Shown here in pieces: positions 40,698-49,587 of a DNA stretch of 55,480 bases. A program made the position numbers and the translations under genes. Source of the stretch: Patescibacteria group bacterium (GTDB lineage Bacteria > Patescibacteriota > WWE3 > JAMCXX01); the NCBI GenBank assembly GCA_023474425.1, contig JAMCXX010000001.1:1-55480 (forward strand), read 5' to 3'. Every line of letters begins with the position of its first letter. The first letter of the stretch is position 1. The notes below the pieces were generated by a model. It saw nothing but the letters and a program-made list of their open reading frames with translations. It was not told the DNA's origin and ran no database searches.

Positions 40698-41567
40698 TCA
40701 CGAAAGGCGAAGGTGGTCTTTGTAGTACTCCTCGTAATCTCTTTTAAGACCCTTGAGTAAAGGTTCAAAGGCCAGTCCTAAAGATTTTAGCTTTTGGTTG
40801 CTAAAAATCAGGTTTTCGTTGGCAAACGGGAACTGGTTCTCGTCGTAGTTCTTCCCATCAGTTTTGGGGTTGTGTTCAATAATTGCCTTTCGCCCCGCTA
40901 TTTTGGCCATTTCCAAAACCAACCCATCCAAGGTTATTAAATCATCTCCAGCGCAGTTAAAAGCTCCGGGAATTTTCTTCTCGGCCAGAAGAGCGATGGT
41001 GTTAGCAACCTTTTTGGCGAAAACGAATTGTACCACCGCCTGCCCATTGCCCGGAACAATAATTGGCTCACCGCTAATTATCTTATGGTAGATGAAGCGC
41101 TCTCGCTCAACGTAATTTCGCGGACCAAGAATGTAGACCGGCCGAACCGAAGCATAGTCGCAACCGCTTTTTTTAAGAACCTCTTCAACTTCCATTTTGC
41201 CTTGTCCGTAATCGCCGAACGGGCTCCAAGGACCCAAAGGAAATTCCTCCGTAATCGGAAAAATCTCCGACTTTTTGTAACTGGCCACCGAACCGAAGTT
41301 GACGTAAAAATCAAATTTTAATTCTTTAACGGCGGTTTCTGCCTGGCGTCCGTTGTAGGCGCAGGTATCAATAACCGCATCAAATTTATTGGTAACGGCG
41401 CTAAACCCCCCGTTACGGTCGCCAATAATCTGCTTAAAGTTTTTGTTTAAGTTTTGACCGTATTTATGGCCGCGATTAAAAATAGTTACTTCATGCCCGT
41501 GCTGCGTAAGTCTGTCGGTAAGAAGCGGCCCAACAAACCTGGAACCGCCAATAACAAGAATCTTCAC
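40698..41567 (-). CDS. NAD-dependent epimerase/dehydratase (extended SDR) family protein
   Basis: 289 aa with GTG start. MKILVIGGSRFVG is a Rossmann GxxGxxG motif. Confidence 0.8.
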   Translation of the reverse strand: MKILVIGGSRFVGPLLTDRLTQHGHEVTIFNRGHKYGQNLNKNFKQIIGDRNGGFSAVTNKFDAVIDTCAYNGRQAETAVKELKFDFYVNFGSVASYKKSEIFPITEEFPLGPWSPFGDYGQGKMEVEEVLKKSGCDYASVRPVYILGPRNYVERERFIYHKIISGEPIIVPGNGQAVVQFVFAKKVANTIALLAEKKIPGAFNCAGDDLITLDGLVLEMAKIAGRKAIIEHNPKTDGKNYDENQFPFANENLIFSNQKLKSLGLAFEPLLKGLKRDYEEYYKDHLRLS

Positions 41568-41588
41568 GTATCTATTATAATATATTCT

Positions 41589-41638
41589 GATTCTGGAGCC
41601 GTCGTCCTTCCGTAGTGGGACTCCTTCCCAGAATGACG
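41589..41638. repeat. Palindromic repeat copy 8 (GATTCTGG...CCAGAATGACG)
   Basis: 50 nt with the same terminal arms and a longer spacer. Lies between divergent genes, just upstream of the metal-transporter operon. Confidence 0.8.
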
Positions 41639-41650
41639 CTTAGTACTAAT

Positions 41651-42574
41651 ATGAAGGCAAAAATTTTATTTCTAATCTCGGTGTCTTTAGTTCTTATCGG
41701 ACCTGTTTGGTTGATTGTGAGGAGTCCAAGAAATAACAACGATACCGGACAGAAAAAAATTGAAGTTGCGGCAAGCTTTTATCCTTTGGCTTTTTTTGCC
41801 CAAGAAATCGGCGGCAACCGGGCTAAGGTGATCAATATTACTCCATCCGGCGCCGAACCCCACGACTATGAACCAACACCAAAAGATTTACTCAGTGTTT
41901 ACCGCTCTTCTGTTTTCATTTTAAACGGCGGCGGAATTGATCCCTGGGCTCAGAAAATTGTTCCGGAACTTAAAGCCAGGGGAGTAATTGTTGTTAACAT
42001 GAGCGAGATTATAAAGATGCGGCAGGAAATTCCCGGCGAGCCATCCACTGCCGACCCGCACATATGGCTCTCGCCTACTTTGGCTGAGGAAGAAGTGTTT
42101 GCAATTTCTAGGTCATTAATAAAAGCAGATATCCAAGGCAAACTAGACTATGAAGAAAATCGAGATAGAGTTGTTAATGAACTTAAAGCCGTTGACGGCG
42201 AATATCGGTCGGGGCTGTCATCCTGCCGGCAGAAAGACTTCGTGACCACCCACGCTGCCTTCGGCTATTTGGCCGAGCGATATCACCTTTCCCAGGTTTC
42301 TATTACCGGCCTCTCGCCCGATGCCGAACCTTCGCCGCAGAAATTATCCGAAATAGTTAAAATAATTAGGGAAAAGAGAATAAAATATATTCTGTTTGAA
42401 ACTTTAGTGAGTCCCAAACTAGCTCAAACTTTGGCATATGAGACCGGAATTAAAACGCTAACGCTCAACCCTCTGGAAGGGCTAACGTGGGCGCAAAAGG
42501 CCAACAGCGTAGATTACTTTTCTGTCATGAGGGATAATTTGAAGGTTTTAAAAACGGCAATGGAATGTTCTTAG
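41651..42574 (+). CDS. Metal (Zn/Mn) ABC transporter substrate-binding protein (ZnuA/TroA family)
   Basis: ATG at 41651 (MKAKILFLIS signal). EPHDYEP and DPHIWLSP metal-ligand His blocks. Confidence 0.85.
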   Translation: MKAKILFLISVSLVLIGPVWLIVRSPRNNNDTGQKKIEVAASFYPLAFFAQEIGGNRAKVINITPSGAEPHDYEPTPKDLLSVYRSSVFILNGGGIDPWAQKIVPELKARGVIVVNMSEIIKMRQEIPGEPSTADPHIWLSPTLAEEEVFAISRSLIKADIQGKLDYEENRDRVVNELKAVDGEYRSGLSSCRQKDFVTTHAAFGYLAERYHLSQVSITGLSPDAEPSPQKLSEIVKIIREKRIKYILFETLVSPKLAQTLAYETGIKTLTLNPLEGLTWAQKANSVDYFSVMRDNLKVLKTAMECS

Positions 42575-42575
42575 T

Positions 42576-43331
42576 ATGTCTACATTAAAGGTGATTGAAG
42601 TAAAAAACTTAAGTTTTAAGTATGGTCAAAGTTTTGCTTTGGATAAGGTGAGTTTTGATGTTGCCGACGGGGATTATTTGGGAATAATTGGGCCGAATGG
42701 TGGCGGCAAATCAACCCTGCTTAAAATTATTTTGGGAATTATTCGGCCGGATTCCGGCGAAGTCCGTGTTTTTGGTCAACCGGTAAACAATCTGCGCCAG
42801 GAGAAATCCTATATTGGCTACGTGCCTCAACGGCTTTCCGAACTGGGTTATAATTTTCCGGCGACCGTACTTGAAGTGGTTGAAAGCGGTCGCACTCCTC
42901 TCTTGGGTTTTTTTCCCCGTTTGACTAACAAAGATAAAAAAGAGGTAGAGAAAGCACTGGTTTTCACAAAAACGTCCGACCTAAAACAAAAGTTGATCGG
43001 TAACCTTTCCGGCGGCCAACTTCAGCGTGTCTTAATCGCCCGGGCTCTCTGCAGCTCTCCTAAAATACTGATTCTCGACGAACCCACAAGCGGGGTTGAT
43101 GTTGGCACCGAAGGGCAATTTTACGACACTTTATGTGAACTCAACACTTCATTAGGAATCACCGTTCTTCTTGTTTCTCACGATATCGATGTCGTTGCTA
43201 AAGAAGTACGCTCTCTTTTACTTCTCAACAAAAAAGTGGTCGCTTATGGCTCGGCTCAGGGCTTAATTAACGAACGATATTTAGAAGAACTTTACGGTGC
43301 AAAATTTAGTTTTTTAAAACACCAGCATTAA
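42576..43331 (+). CDS. Metal ABC transporter ATP-binding protein
   Basis: 251 aa. Walker A GPNGGGKST, signature LSGGQLQR, Walker B ILILDEP. Confidence 0.9.
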   Translation: MSTLKVIEVKNLSFKYGQSFALDKVSFDVADGDYLGIIGPNGGGKSTLLKIILGIIRPDSGEVRVFGQPVNNLRQEKSYIGYVPQRLSELGYNFPATVLEVVESGRTPLLGFFPRLTNKDKKEVEKALVFTKTSDLKQKLIGNLSGGQLQRVLIARALCSSPKILILDEPTSGVDVGTEGQFYDTLCELNTSLGITVLLVSHDIDVVAKEVRSLLLLNKKVVAYGSAQGLINERYLEELYGAKFSFLKHQH

Positions 43332-43333
43332 TT

Positions 43334-44125
43334 ATGTGGGAGCTATTTCAATACGGCTTTATTCAAAGAGCTTTTCTGGCCGGTATAATTACCGCCGTTA
43401 TCGCGCCGATTATTGGAATTTTCTTGGTGGTGCGCCGTTATTCACTTATGGCCGATACTCTGGCGCACATTTCTTTGGTAGGCGTAGCCGCGGGATTACT
43501 TACTAATACAAATCCTGTCATTGCTTCGCTGATTGTTTCCATCGGCTCTTCTTTTCTAATTGAGCGGCTTCGTGAAAGCAAAAAGGTTTTCGGCGAGTCT
43601 GTTTTAGCCCTTTTCCTTTCCGGCGGTTTAGCCCTAGCCGTAGTTTTAGTAAGCCTTTCTCACGGTTTCAGTGTTGACTTAATAAGTTACCTCTTTGGCA
43701 GCATTTCCACCGTTTCAGTTTTTGACCTATATGTTATTGCCCTGCTGGCTCTAATCATTTGTTTTACAACTATTTTTTTATTTCGTCAGTTTTTTATAGT
43801 TTCCTTTAACGAGGAGCTGGCCTCCGCCGGCGGTTTAAAAGTTCACTTCCTGAATAATATACTTATTGTTTTGGCCGCGGCCACAGTGGTTCTTTCCCTG
43901 CGGATTGTAGGAGCATTGCTCATTGGTGCCTTGATGATTATTCCCGTTATTTCAGCCATTCAGTTTAAAAAAGGGTTTCTTAAAACACTTTTTATTTCGA
44001 TATTTATTTCGCTCTTGAGCGTAATTCTTGGTCTTTTGTCTTCTTACTATCTTAATCTGCCCAGCGGCGCAACCATTGTCGTCGTTTCTCTAATTATTTT
44101 CGGTTTTAGTTTAATCCTCAACTAG
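43334..44125 (+). CDS. Metal ABC transporter permease (ZnuB/TroCD family)
   Basis: 263 aa, polytopic. Contains the ADTLAHISLVG block characteristic of this family. Confidence 0.88.
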   Translation: MWELFQYGFIQRAFLAGIITAVIAPIIGIFLVVRRYSLMADTLAHISLVGVAAGLLTNTNPVIASLIVSIGSSFLIERLRESKKVFGESVLALFLSGGLALAVVLVSLSHGFSVDLISYLFGSISTVSVFDLYVIALLALIICFTTIFLFRQFFIVSFNEELASAGGLKVHFLNNILIVLAAATVVLSLRIVGALLIGALMIIPVISAIQFKKGFLKTLFISIFISLLSVILGLLSSYYLNLPSGATIVVVSLIIFGFSLILN

Positions 44126-44147
44126 AGTCCTACTTTTTTCTTAAATT

Positions 44148-44236
44148 CACAACAAAAACATAACACCAAAGGACTATGTTTTTTTGTTGCGGAATACAAC
44201 AATGTCATACGCCTTTGGCGGTACGAATTTGTTGTG
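44148..44236. terminator. Cluster of nested/competing inverted repeats between convergent genes (possible bidirectional terminator)
   Basis: Four arm pairs: CACAACAAA (44148-56) with TTTGTTGTG (44228-36); AACAAAAACAT (44151-61) with ATGTTTTTTTGTT (44176-88); TTGTTG (44184-89) with CAACAA (44197-202); CCAAAGG (44166-72) with CCTTTGG (44212-18). Confidence 0.35.
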
Positions 44237-44279
44237 AGTCTAAAAAGATAATAGGACAGAATAAAAAAGATTAAATAAT

Positions 44280-45734
44280 TTAGAGGGCTCTCCAGTCGGA
44301 AAAATTTAAGAAGCGGTCGGCCGGTGAAAAGAAACCCGCAAGGTTAGGGCCCGTAATACCGGTTTTAAAGTAATATTGATAAAGCGGGTGATAAAGAAAA
44401 ATGGCCGGCACATCGGCGCCCCACGTTTTTAAAAAGTTCTGGTAGTCTATAGTTCTTGTTCTAGGGTCGTTGGTGCTGCGACCTTCCTCCAAAGAGCGGT
44501 CAGCCAGAGCCGAACTATAACTGGTAAAATTTAATCCGGGTAAATCTTTCTGTGAAGAATGCCACAAAACATAGACATCCGGGTCGCGGCCTACTTCTTG
44601 GCCATAAAGTAGGGCCTGGAAATCTTTTTTTGCTACGACCTCACTAAATATTTTTTCGAGCGGTACTTCGGTGATTGAAACGCTAATCCCTAAAGGTTGC
44701 CACGCCTCTTTGATTATTTGAGCAATTTTTGAAAATGGTTGTTCGTTTTTTTTCTTGCTAATGGGAATAGTTAGAGAAAGAGTTTGGTTGTAGGGCTTTA
44801 CCGTCTCTTTGTTATTAAAGGGCAGAGAATAAGACGGGTCGGCGGTTGGATTTACAAAAGTGTATTCCAAGGGCCCGTAAGCTACGACAGCCTGACCACC
44901 AAAGACCTGATTTACAATTTCCTGTTTTGGCAGGAATTTTAAAAGATTTTCACGCAAACCCTGGTCGGTCAATGGTTCGGTAGCCGTGTTGAAAAATAAA
45001 ATATAACTGCGTGAGCCCATAGGGGCGCTAACTTTATTGAAATTATGTACGTTTCCGAAGTTGGCTGTAGTACCAAATGAGTCGATTTCTCCCAACTTCG
45101 CTGCTGTTAAAAGATCTTCGTCGTTAGCATAAAAAATAAAAACAATCCGGCTAAATTTATAGTTATTTTTCTGCCAGGGCCAAGCTCGGGTAAGTATAAT
45201 GGAGGAAACCTTGCTGGAACTTTTAATACGGGCTATACGAAAATCACCTATTCCTACCTGGTTTAATCCCGGTTTAGCTTCTCCGCCATAGTCGACTGGC
45301 ATAAGATACTGGGTCATTAAATCCAGAAAAGGGGCGTAGACATTTTGGCTAAGACGAAAACGCACCGTGTATTTGTCCAGCCTATCCACCGAAACGGATT
45401 GCAGGTTTTCCTTGCCGACAGTATAAATTACGTCGTCAGAGGTCAATTCTTTGCCGTTGTGCCAGAATACTCCTTTCTTTAGATGGAAGGTATACTCCTT
45501 TTTATCATCGGAGATGGTGTAAGATTCGGCTAAATCCGGCACAATGTTGCCTTTTTCATCGTATTTTAAAAGCCCTCTAAAAATAAATTCGGCCAAGTCT
45601 CTATCCGGCTGATTGGTAGTAATACTCAGCGGGTAAAGATCCCGCGGTTGGCCGACAATTCCCTCCCTTAGAGTGGGCTGTGGAATAAAAGAGTTAATAA
45701 AAGCTAAAAGAGAAAGTAAGAAGGAGAGAACCAT
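44280..45734 (-). CDS. ABC transporter substrate-binding protein, family 5 (peptide/nickel type)
   Basis: 484 aa with ATG start and an N-terminal anchor. Overall SBP_bac_5-like blocks (GLLKYDEKGNIVPDLAES, FHLKKGVFWHNGKELTSDDV). Confidence 0.75.
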   Translation of the reverse strand: MVLSFLLSLLAFINSFIPQPTLREGIVGQPRDLYPLSITTNQPDRDLAEFIFRGLLKYDEKGNIVPDLAESYTISDDKKEYTFHLKKGVFWHNGKELTSDDVIYTVGKENLQSVSVDRLDKYTVRFRLSQNVYAPFLDLMTQYLMPVDYGGEAKPGLNQVGIGDFRIARIKSSSKVSSIILTRAWPWQKNNYKFSRIVFIFYANDEDLLTAAKLGEIDSFGTTANFGNVHNFNKVSAPMGSRSYILFFNTATEPLTDQGLRENLLKFLPKQEIVNQVFGGQAVVAYGPLEYTFVNPTADPSYSLPFNNKETVKPYNQTLSLTIPISKKKNEQPFSKIAQIIKEAWQPLGISVSITEVPLEKIFSEVVAKKDFQALLYGQEVGRDPDVYVLWHSSQKDLPGLNFTSYSSALADRSLEEGRSTNDPRTRTIDYQNFLKTWGADVPAIFLYHPLYQYYFKTGITGPNLAGFFSPADRFLNFSDWRAL

Positions 45735-45747
45735 AAATTACCTTGTT

Positions 45748-45969
45748 TTAATACAGAACGAAGTTGATGATAGACAGCAGGAAAAAGACAGCAGCCACCA
45801 GCAGCGTAGTATAAAAAATAGTTTTTTCCAAACCTCTTTTCGAACGGTAAACGGAAACAAAACTGCCAAAAGTCGGGTTAAGACCGCCGGGTTTTCCTTG
45901 AATCATAATTAGGATGATTAAAAGTACCGAGAAAACTAATTGTAAAATATAAATAAAGTTTTTATTCAT
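45748..45969 (-). CDS. secG: Preprotein translocase subunit SecG
   Basis: ATG at 45969 (73 aa). Two TM helices with the central IMIQGKPGGL...FG...RG.EK motif. Confidence 0.7.
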   Translation of the reverse strand: MNKNFIYILQLVFSVLLIILIMIQGKPGGLNPTFGSFVSVYRSKRGLEKTIFYTTLLVAAVFFLLSIINFVLY

Positions 45970-45980
45970 AAACCACGTTT

Positions 45981-46379
45981 TTACCCAATGGCCGCCCAAA
46001 GGAGACTATTAAGAAAACCTAATCCGGCAGCAGTCACGATGTAAGTCCAAACGCCGGAAAAGTAAAGCGGGCCAATATTATAGCCTAATAGGTTAAAGAC
46101 GTTAAGGCTAAAAGCACTAATCGTAAAACCGGTTACCACTAAAGTTACCATATATAGAAAGAGGACGTTCATGAGTGATGAGAGCAGCCCGAAGGTTAAA
46201 AGATTTAGGGGAAAAAGAAGAATTTTCAAAATCGGCTTAACGAAGATTGTAAGAAAGCCGAAAACAACTGCGGCCAAAAAGAGACTTTGCCAGGAGGCAA
46301 AACGAACGCCCGGAAAAACCAAAGCCAAAAGATAAATGGAGACTGCGTTAAAGATAACCGTCTTAATTACCCACCTCAT
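45981..46379 (-). CDS. DUF360/phage-holin-IV-superfamily membrane protein
   Basis: 132 aa, 4 TM. The N-terminus MRWVIKTVIFNAVSIYLLALVFPG resembles the YvlD/DUF360 family. Confidence 0.6.
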   Translation of the reverse strand: MRWVIKTVIFNAVSIYLLALVFPGVRFASWQSLFLAAVVFGFLTIFVKPILKILLFPLNLLTFGLLSSLMNVLFLYMVTLVVTGFTISAFSLNVFNLLGYNIGPLYFSGVWTYIVTAAGLGFLNSLLWAAIG

Positions 46380-47667
46380 CCTTTAATCTTAACAACTGGT
46401 GGTATTTCTTGGCAAAACGGTGTGACTCATCACGAATGCGGACTAAAAGTTCCATTATCGGTTGGTTTTTGGCAATACGATAATACCGACCTTTGAAATA
46501 AATTTGTTCTAATCTTTTGGCCAAACCGATTACAGGAATACTAAAAAAGATTCCCAAAATTGTTTCGGCGATTTTTGCCTGGCCGGCTCCGCCGTCGACT
46601 AAAACCAGGTCCGGTTTGGGCCAATTATCATGCTTCGACCTTCTACTTAAAACCTCCGCCATCATTTGGTAGTCGTTAATGCCTTTGACATTTTTTACTT
46701 TAAATCGCTTATACTCCTCTTTCTGCGGCAGTCCGTTTATAAAGACAACCATCGAAGCCGTCGGCTGATTTCCGTTGAGGTTGGAGATATCATAGGCCTC
46801 CACACGAAAACCATCTTTATTCGCATTTAAACGGTAATTGCTCTTATCGTTGACAAATTCAGCTAAATCGTTGTTTTCCAACCGTCGGCGGTCCCGAATA
46901 AGAAAAGGGTTTTGGCGGTAATCCTCGGGGCTAAATTTTATTTCGCGGATTTTTTTTATAACCTCCAATTTCTGTTTAACTTCCTCCGCTTTTTCGAAAT
47001 CCAAAATTTGCGAATACCGAATCATGGAATCCGTAAGCTCTTTCTCCAAATTCTCCGAGCCCTCGGAGAGAAAACGCCGAATGCTTTTTAGCGAATTCAG
47101 ATACTCAAAGCGGCCAATCATACCGGCACAAGGAGCTTGGCAGAGGCCTAAATCAAAATAAAGACAGCCGCGTCCCAGCTTCCGATATTTATTGAATTTA
47201 GTTTGGCTGCAGTCGCGGAAGTTAAACATTTTTCGCAAAGAACGAAGAACTTTTTTAATCGAACTCCCTTGGGGAAAGGGACCAAAATAGGAAGCGGCGT
47301 CTGGCTCCCGACGACGAACCAAGAGAACACGTGGAAAACTTTGACGATGGGAATTTTCGACTTTAACCAAAAGATAACTTTTATCGTCTTTGAGGGCTAT
47401 ATTGTACTTCGGTTTTAAGCGTTTAATAATGTCGGCCTCGAGAATAAGGGCGTCAACTTCGCTGGCCGTTTCTATTGTTTCAAGGCTAAAGGACTCATTG
47501 ACCATAGTTCTGGTCCGGTCTGAAAGTAAATTTTCCTGAAAATAATAACTTAACCGCTCACGAAGATTCTTGGCTTTGCCTACATAAATCGGCTCGCCCA
47601 TCTTATTTTTAAATATATAAATACCGGAACGACGGCTTGAGTTCGCAAAGTAATTTCGGTTAATCAC
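46363..47667 (-). CDS. uvrC: Excinuclease ABC subunit C (short form without C-terminal (HhH)2)
   Basis: 434 aa with GTG start. GIY-YIG (GIYIFKN...PIYVGKAKNLRERL), Cys-rich block, UVR helix hairpin and endonuclease domain (RVEAYDISN...ASMVVF). The protein ends at IRDESHRFA.... Confidence 0.85.
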   Translation of the reverse strand: MINRNYFANSSRRSGIYIFKNKMGEPIYVGKAKNLRERLSYYFQENLLSDRTRTMVNESFSLETIETASEVDALILEADIIKRLKPKYNIALKDDKSYLLVKVENSHRQSFPRVLLVRRREPDAASYFGPFPQGSSIKKVLRSLRKMFNFRDCSQTKFNKYRKLGRGCLYFDLGLCQAPCAGMIGRFEYLNSLKSIRRFLSEGSENLEKELTDSMIRYSQILDFEKAEEVKQKLEVIKKIREIKFSPEDYRQNPFLIRDRRRLENNDLAEFVNDKSNYRLNANKDGFRVEAYDISNLNGNQPTASMVVFINGLPQKEEYKRFKVKNVKGINDYQMMAEVLSRRSKHDNWPKPDLVLVDGGAGQAKIAETILGIFFSIPVIGLAKRLEQIYFKGRYYRIAKNQPIMELLVRIRDESHRFAKKYHQLLRLKDEVGN

Positions 47668-47694
47668 GTCTGGTATTGTATCATTTAATAGCTT

Positions 47695-49587
47695 ATGAAT
47701 TTGCGTCGGCGTCTTGGTCTTGCCTCCGTATTTTTTGCTTTAATATTCTGCTTTTCTTCCAGAAAATCCTTGGCCGATGTCGCTTATACTTTTAATTACA
47801 GTGTTGAAGATACGGGGCAAACAAATGTTACGGTTAACGGTTCTCTTTATAATCCCAGTCCCGACGTTTACGTCTCCGAGTATTCCCTAACCTTAGGGCT
47901 TAGCAATGTCGACAATATTACCGCCTCCGACCGGTTAGGCAAACTTACACCCGACGTTCACAAAAAAGAGGGGCAGACTATAATTGACCTTAAGTTCAAT
48001 GATAAGGTTGTTGGCGTAAATAAACCGCTCGTTTTTACGATTCAATTTACCTCAAACTCTATTGCCCAAAAAAACGGGCTGATTTGGGAAGTAACTCTGC
48101 CCAAGCCTTCCGAAACAGCTTCTCTTAAGGGTTACGACGTTTCGCTTTCGGTGCCTCTCTCATTTGGTCCGGTGATTTATAGCAGTCCGCCGCCGAATAT
48201 AGAACAGAAAACCCTAACCAAACGAAACTTTAAATTTAACCGCGAGACACTTGGAAAAACAGGGGCTATTCTAAGCTTCGGACCTTACCAGCTTTATAGT
48301 TTTGATTTAAAATACAACCTAAAAAATTCCAATCTTTTTGAAGGAAAGGCTCAAGTTGCTCTGCCGCCTTCGATTTTTGGAGAACAGGAAGTAGTCTTTG
48401 ACCGTATCTCTCCCACACCTATCACGGTAACCGAGGATGCTGACGGCAATTATGTAGCCGAGTTCCGTGTTGCTTCCGGCAAGACATTGACCGTTGAAGT
48501 CATTGGAAAAGTTAAGATACTCAATCCCAAGCGTGATTTGAGTGAGTCTGGTCCGGTTTCGGAAGTTCCGCTAAGCCTTTTACAAAGCTACACCTCGGCT
48601 CAAAAATATTGGGAGGTGGAAAGCCCCGAAATAAAGCAGCTGGTTAAAAGTGCGGTGGGAGCGGTTTTACCGAATGACAATGCCGCTCTTGTTGCTCAAA
48701 AACTTTTTTATTATGTAGCCTCGTATCTATCCTATGATGCGAATCGAATTAATCCGTCTCTCATAAGATTTGGCGCCTTAAAGGCGTTACAAAACCCTAA
48801 AGAGGCCGTCTGTATGGAATTCGCCGACCTTCTAACCTCTGCCTTGCGTGAGGCCGGACTGCCGGCCGAAGTTTTGGAAGGGTTTGCTTACACTAAAGAC
48901 TCGATCAATCGTCCGGTAGTCGGTGATGTGCTCCATTCTTGGGTGAGGGTTTATTTGCCGAGAATTGGCTGGGTAGCCGTTGACCCAACCTGGACAAACA
49001 CTACCGGGGGTTTAAATTATTTTAGTCAATTTGACACCAATCATTTTATTTTTGCTATTAACGGACACAATTCGGAGACACCGTACCCAGCCGGAGCCTA
49101 TAAAATCTCCCCCGATCAAACCGGAGATATAAATGTGAAAGTTTTAGACGGGGTTAGCGATCTTAAAGAGGAAGGTCCAAAAATAAAAGTTTCCGCCGCG
49201 GAAAGCCTACCTAGGTCGTTTCTCTTTTTTCACAATCCGGGCGAACTGATTTTGACTTTTATCAATCAGGGAAGCCAAACCGCGTTTTCATCCACGGCAA
49301 AGTTAGATTCCGGTTATGTTGACCAACCGTCTCTAAATTTAGGCGATTTACCGCCGTTTGGTTCCATTACTCAAAAGTTTGATACGAGAGATAAGAAAAT
49401 TTCCCCCGGCGAAATTGGCAGTCTTTCTTTTCTGGATTTTGACGGCAAAGTTTACCGCCTGCCTATTGAACTCTCTTACGGTACGGCAAAGCCCAAAACG
49501 GAAACTTTTATTTATATTTTTTCAGCTCTTGCCCCGTTCGGCTTTGCCGGATTGCTATTAGTTGTTCGGCGGTTCCTTCGCCGATAA
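47695..49587 (+). CDS. Secreted transglutaminase-like domain protein with C-terminal TM anchor
   Basis: 630 aa with ATG start and a signal peptide. A Cys-His-Asp core is seen in CMEFADLL...HSWVRVYLPRIGWVAVDPT. Confidence 0.75.
   Translation: MNLRRRLGLASVFFALIFCFSSRKSLADVAYTFNYSVEDTGQTNVTVNGSLYNPSPDVYVSEYSLTLGLSNVDNITASDRLGKLTPDVHKKEGQTIIDLKFNDKVVGVNKPLVFTIQFTSNSIAQKNGLIWEVTLPKPSETASLKGYDVSLSVPLSFGPVIYSSPPPNIEQKTLTKRNFKFNRETLGKTGAILSFGPYQLYSFDLKYNLKNSNLFEGKAQVALPPSIFGEQEVVFDRISPTPITVTEDADGNYVAEFRVASGKTLTVEVIGKVKILNPKRDLSESGPVSEVPLSLLQSYTSAQKYWEVESPEIKQLVKSAVGAVLPNDNAALVAQKLFYYVASYLSYDANRINPSLIRFGALKALQNPKEAVCMEFADLLTSALREAGLPAEVLEGFAYTKDSINRPVVGDVLHSWVRVYLPRIGWVAVDPTWTNTTGGLNYFSQFDTNHFIFAINGHNSETPYPAGAYKISPDQTGDINVKVLDGVSDLKEEGPKIKVSAAESLPRSFLFFHNPGELILTFINQGSQTAFSSTAKLDSGYVDQPSLNLGDLPPFGSITQKFDTRDKKISPGEIGSLSFLDFDGKVYRLPIELSYGTAKPKTETFIYIFSALAPFGFAGLLLVVRRFLRR

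Noticed and set aside
2536-41638. Whether the dispersed palindromic repeats could be a CRISPR array.
   Set aside because: The copies are not regularly spaced. They occur in both orientations, differ in internal sequence and length (33-50 nt), and are scattered over 39 kb. No cas genes are present.
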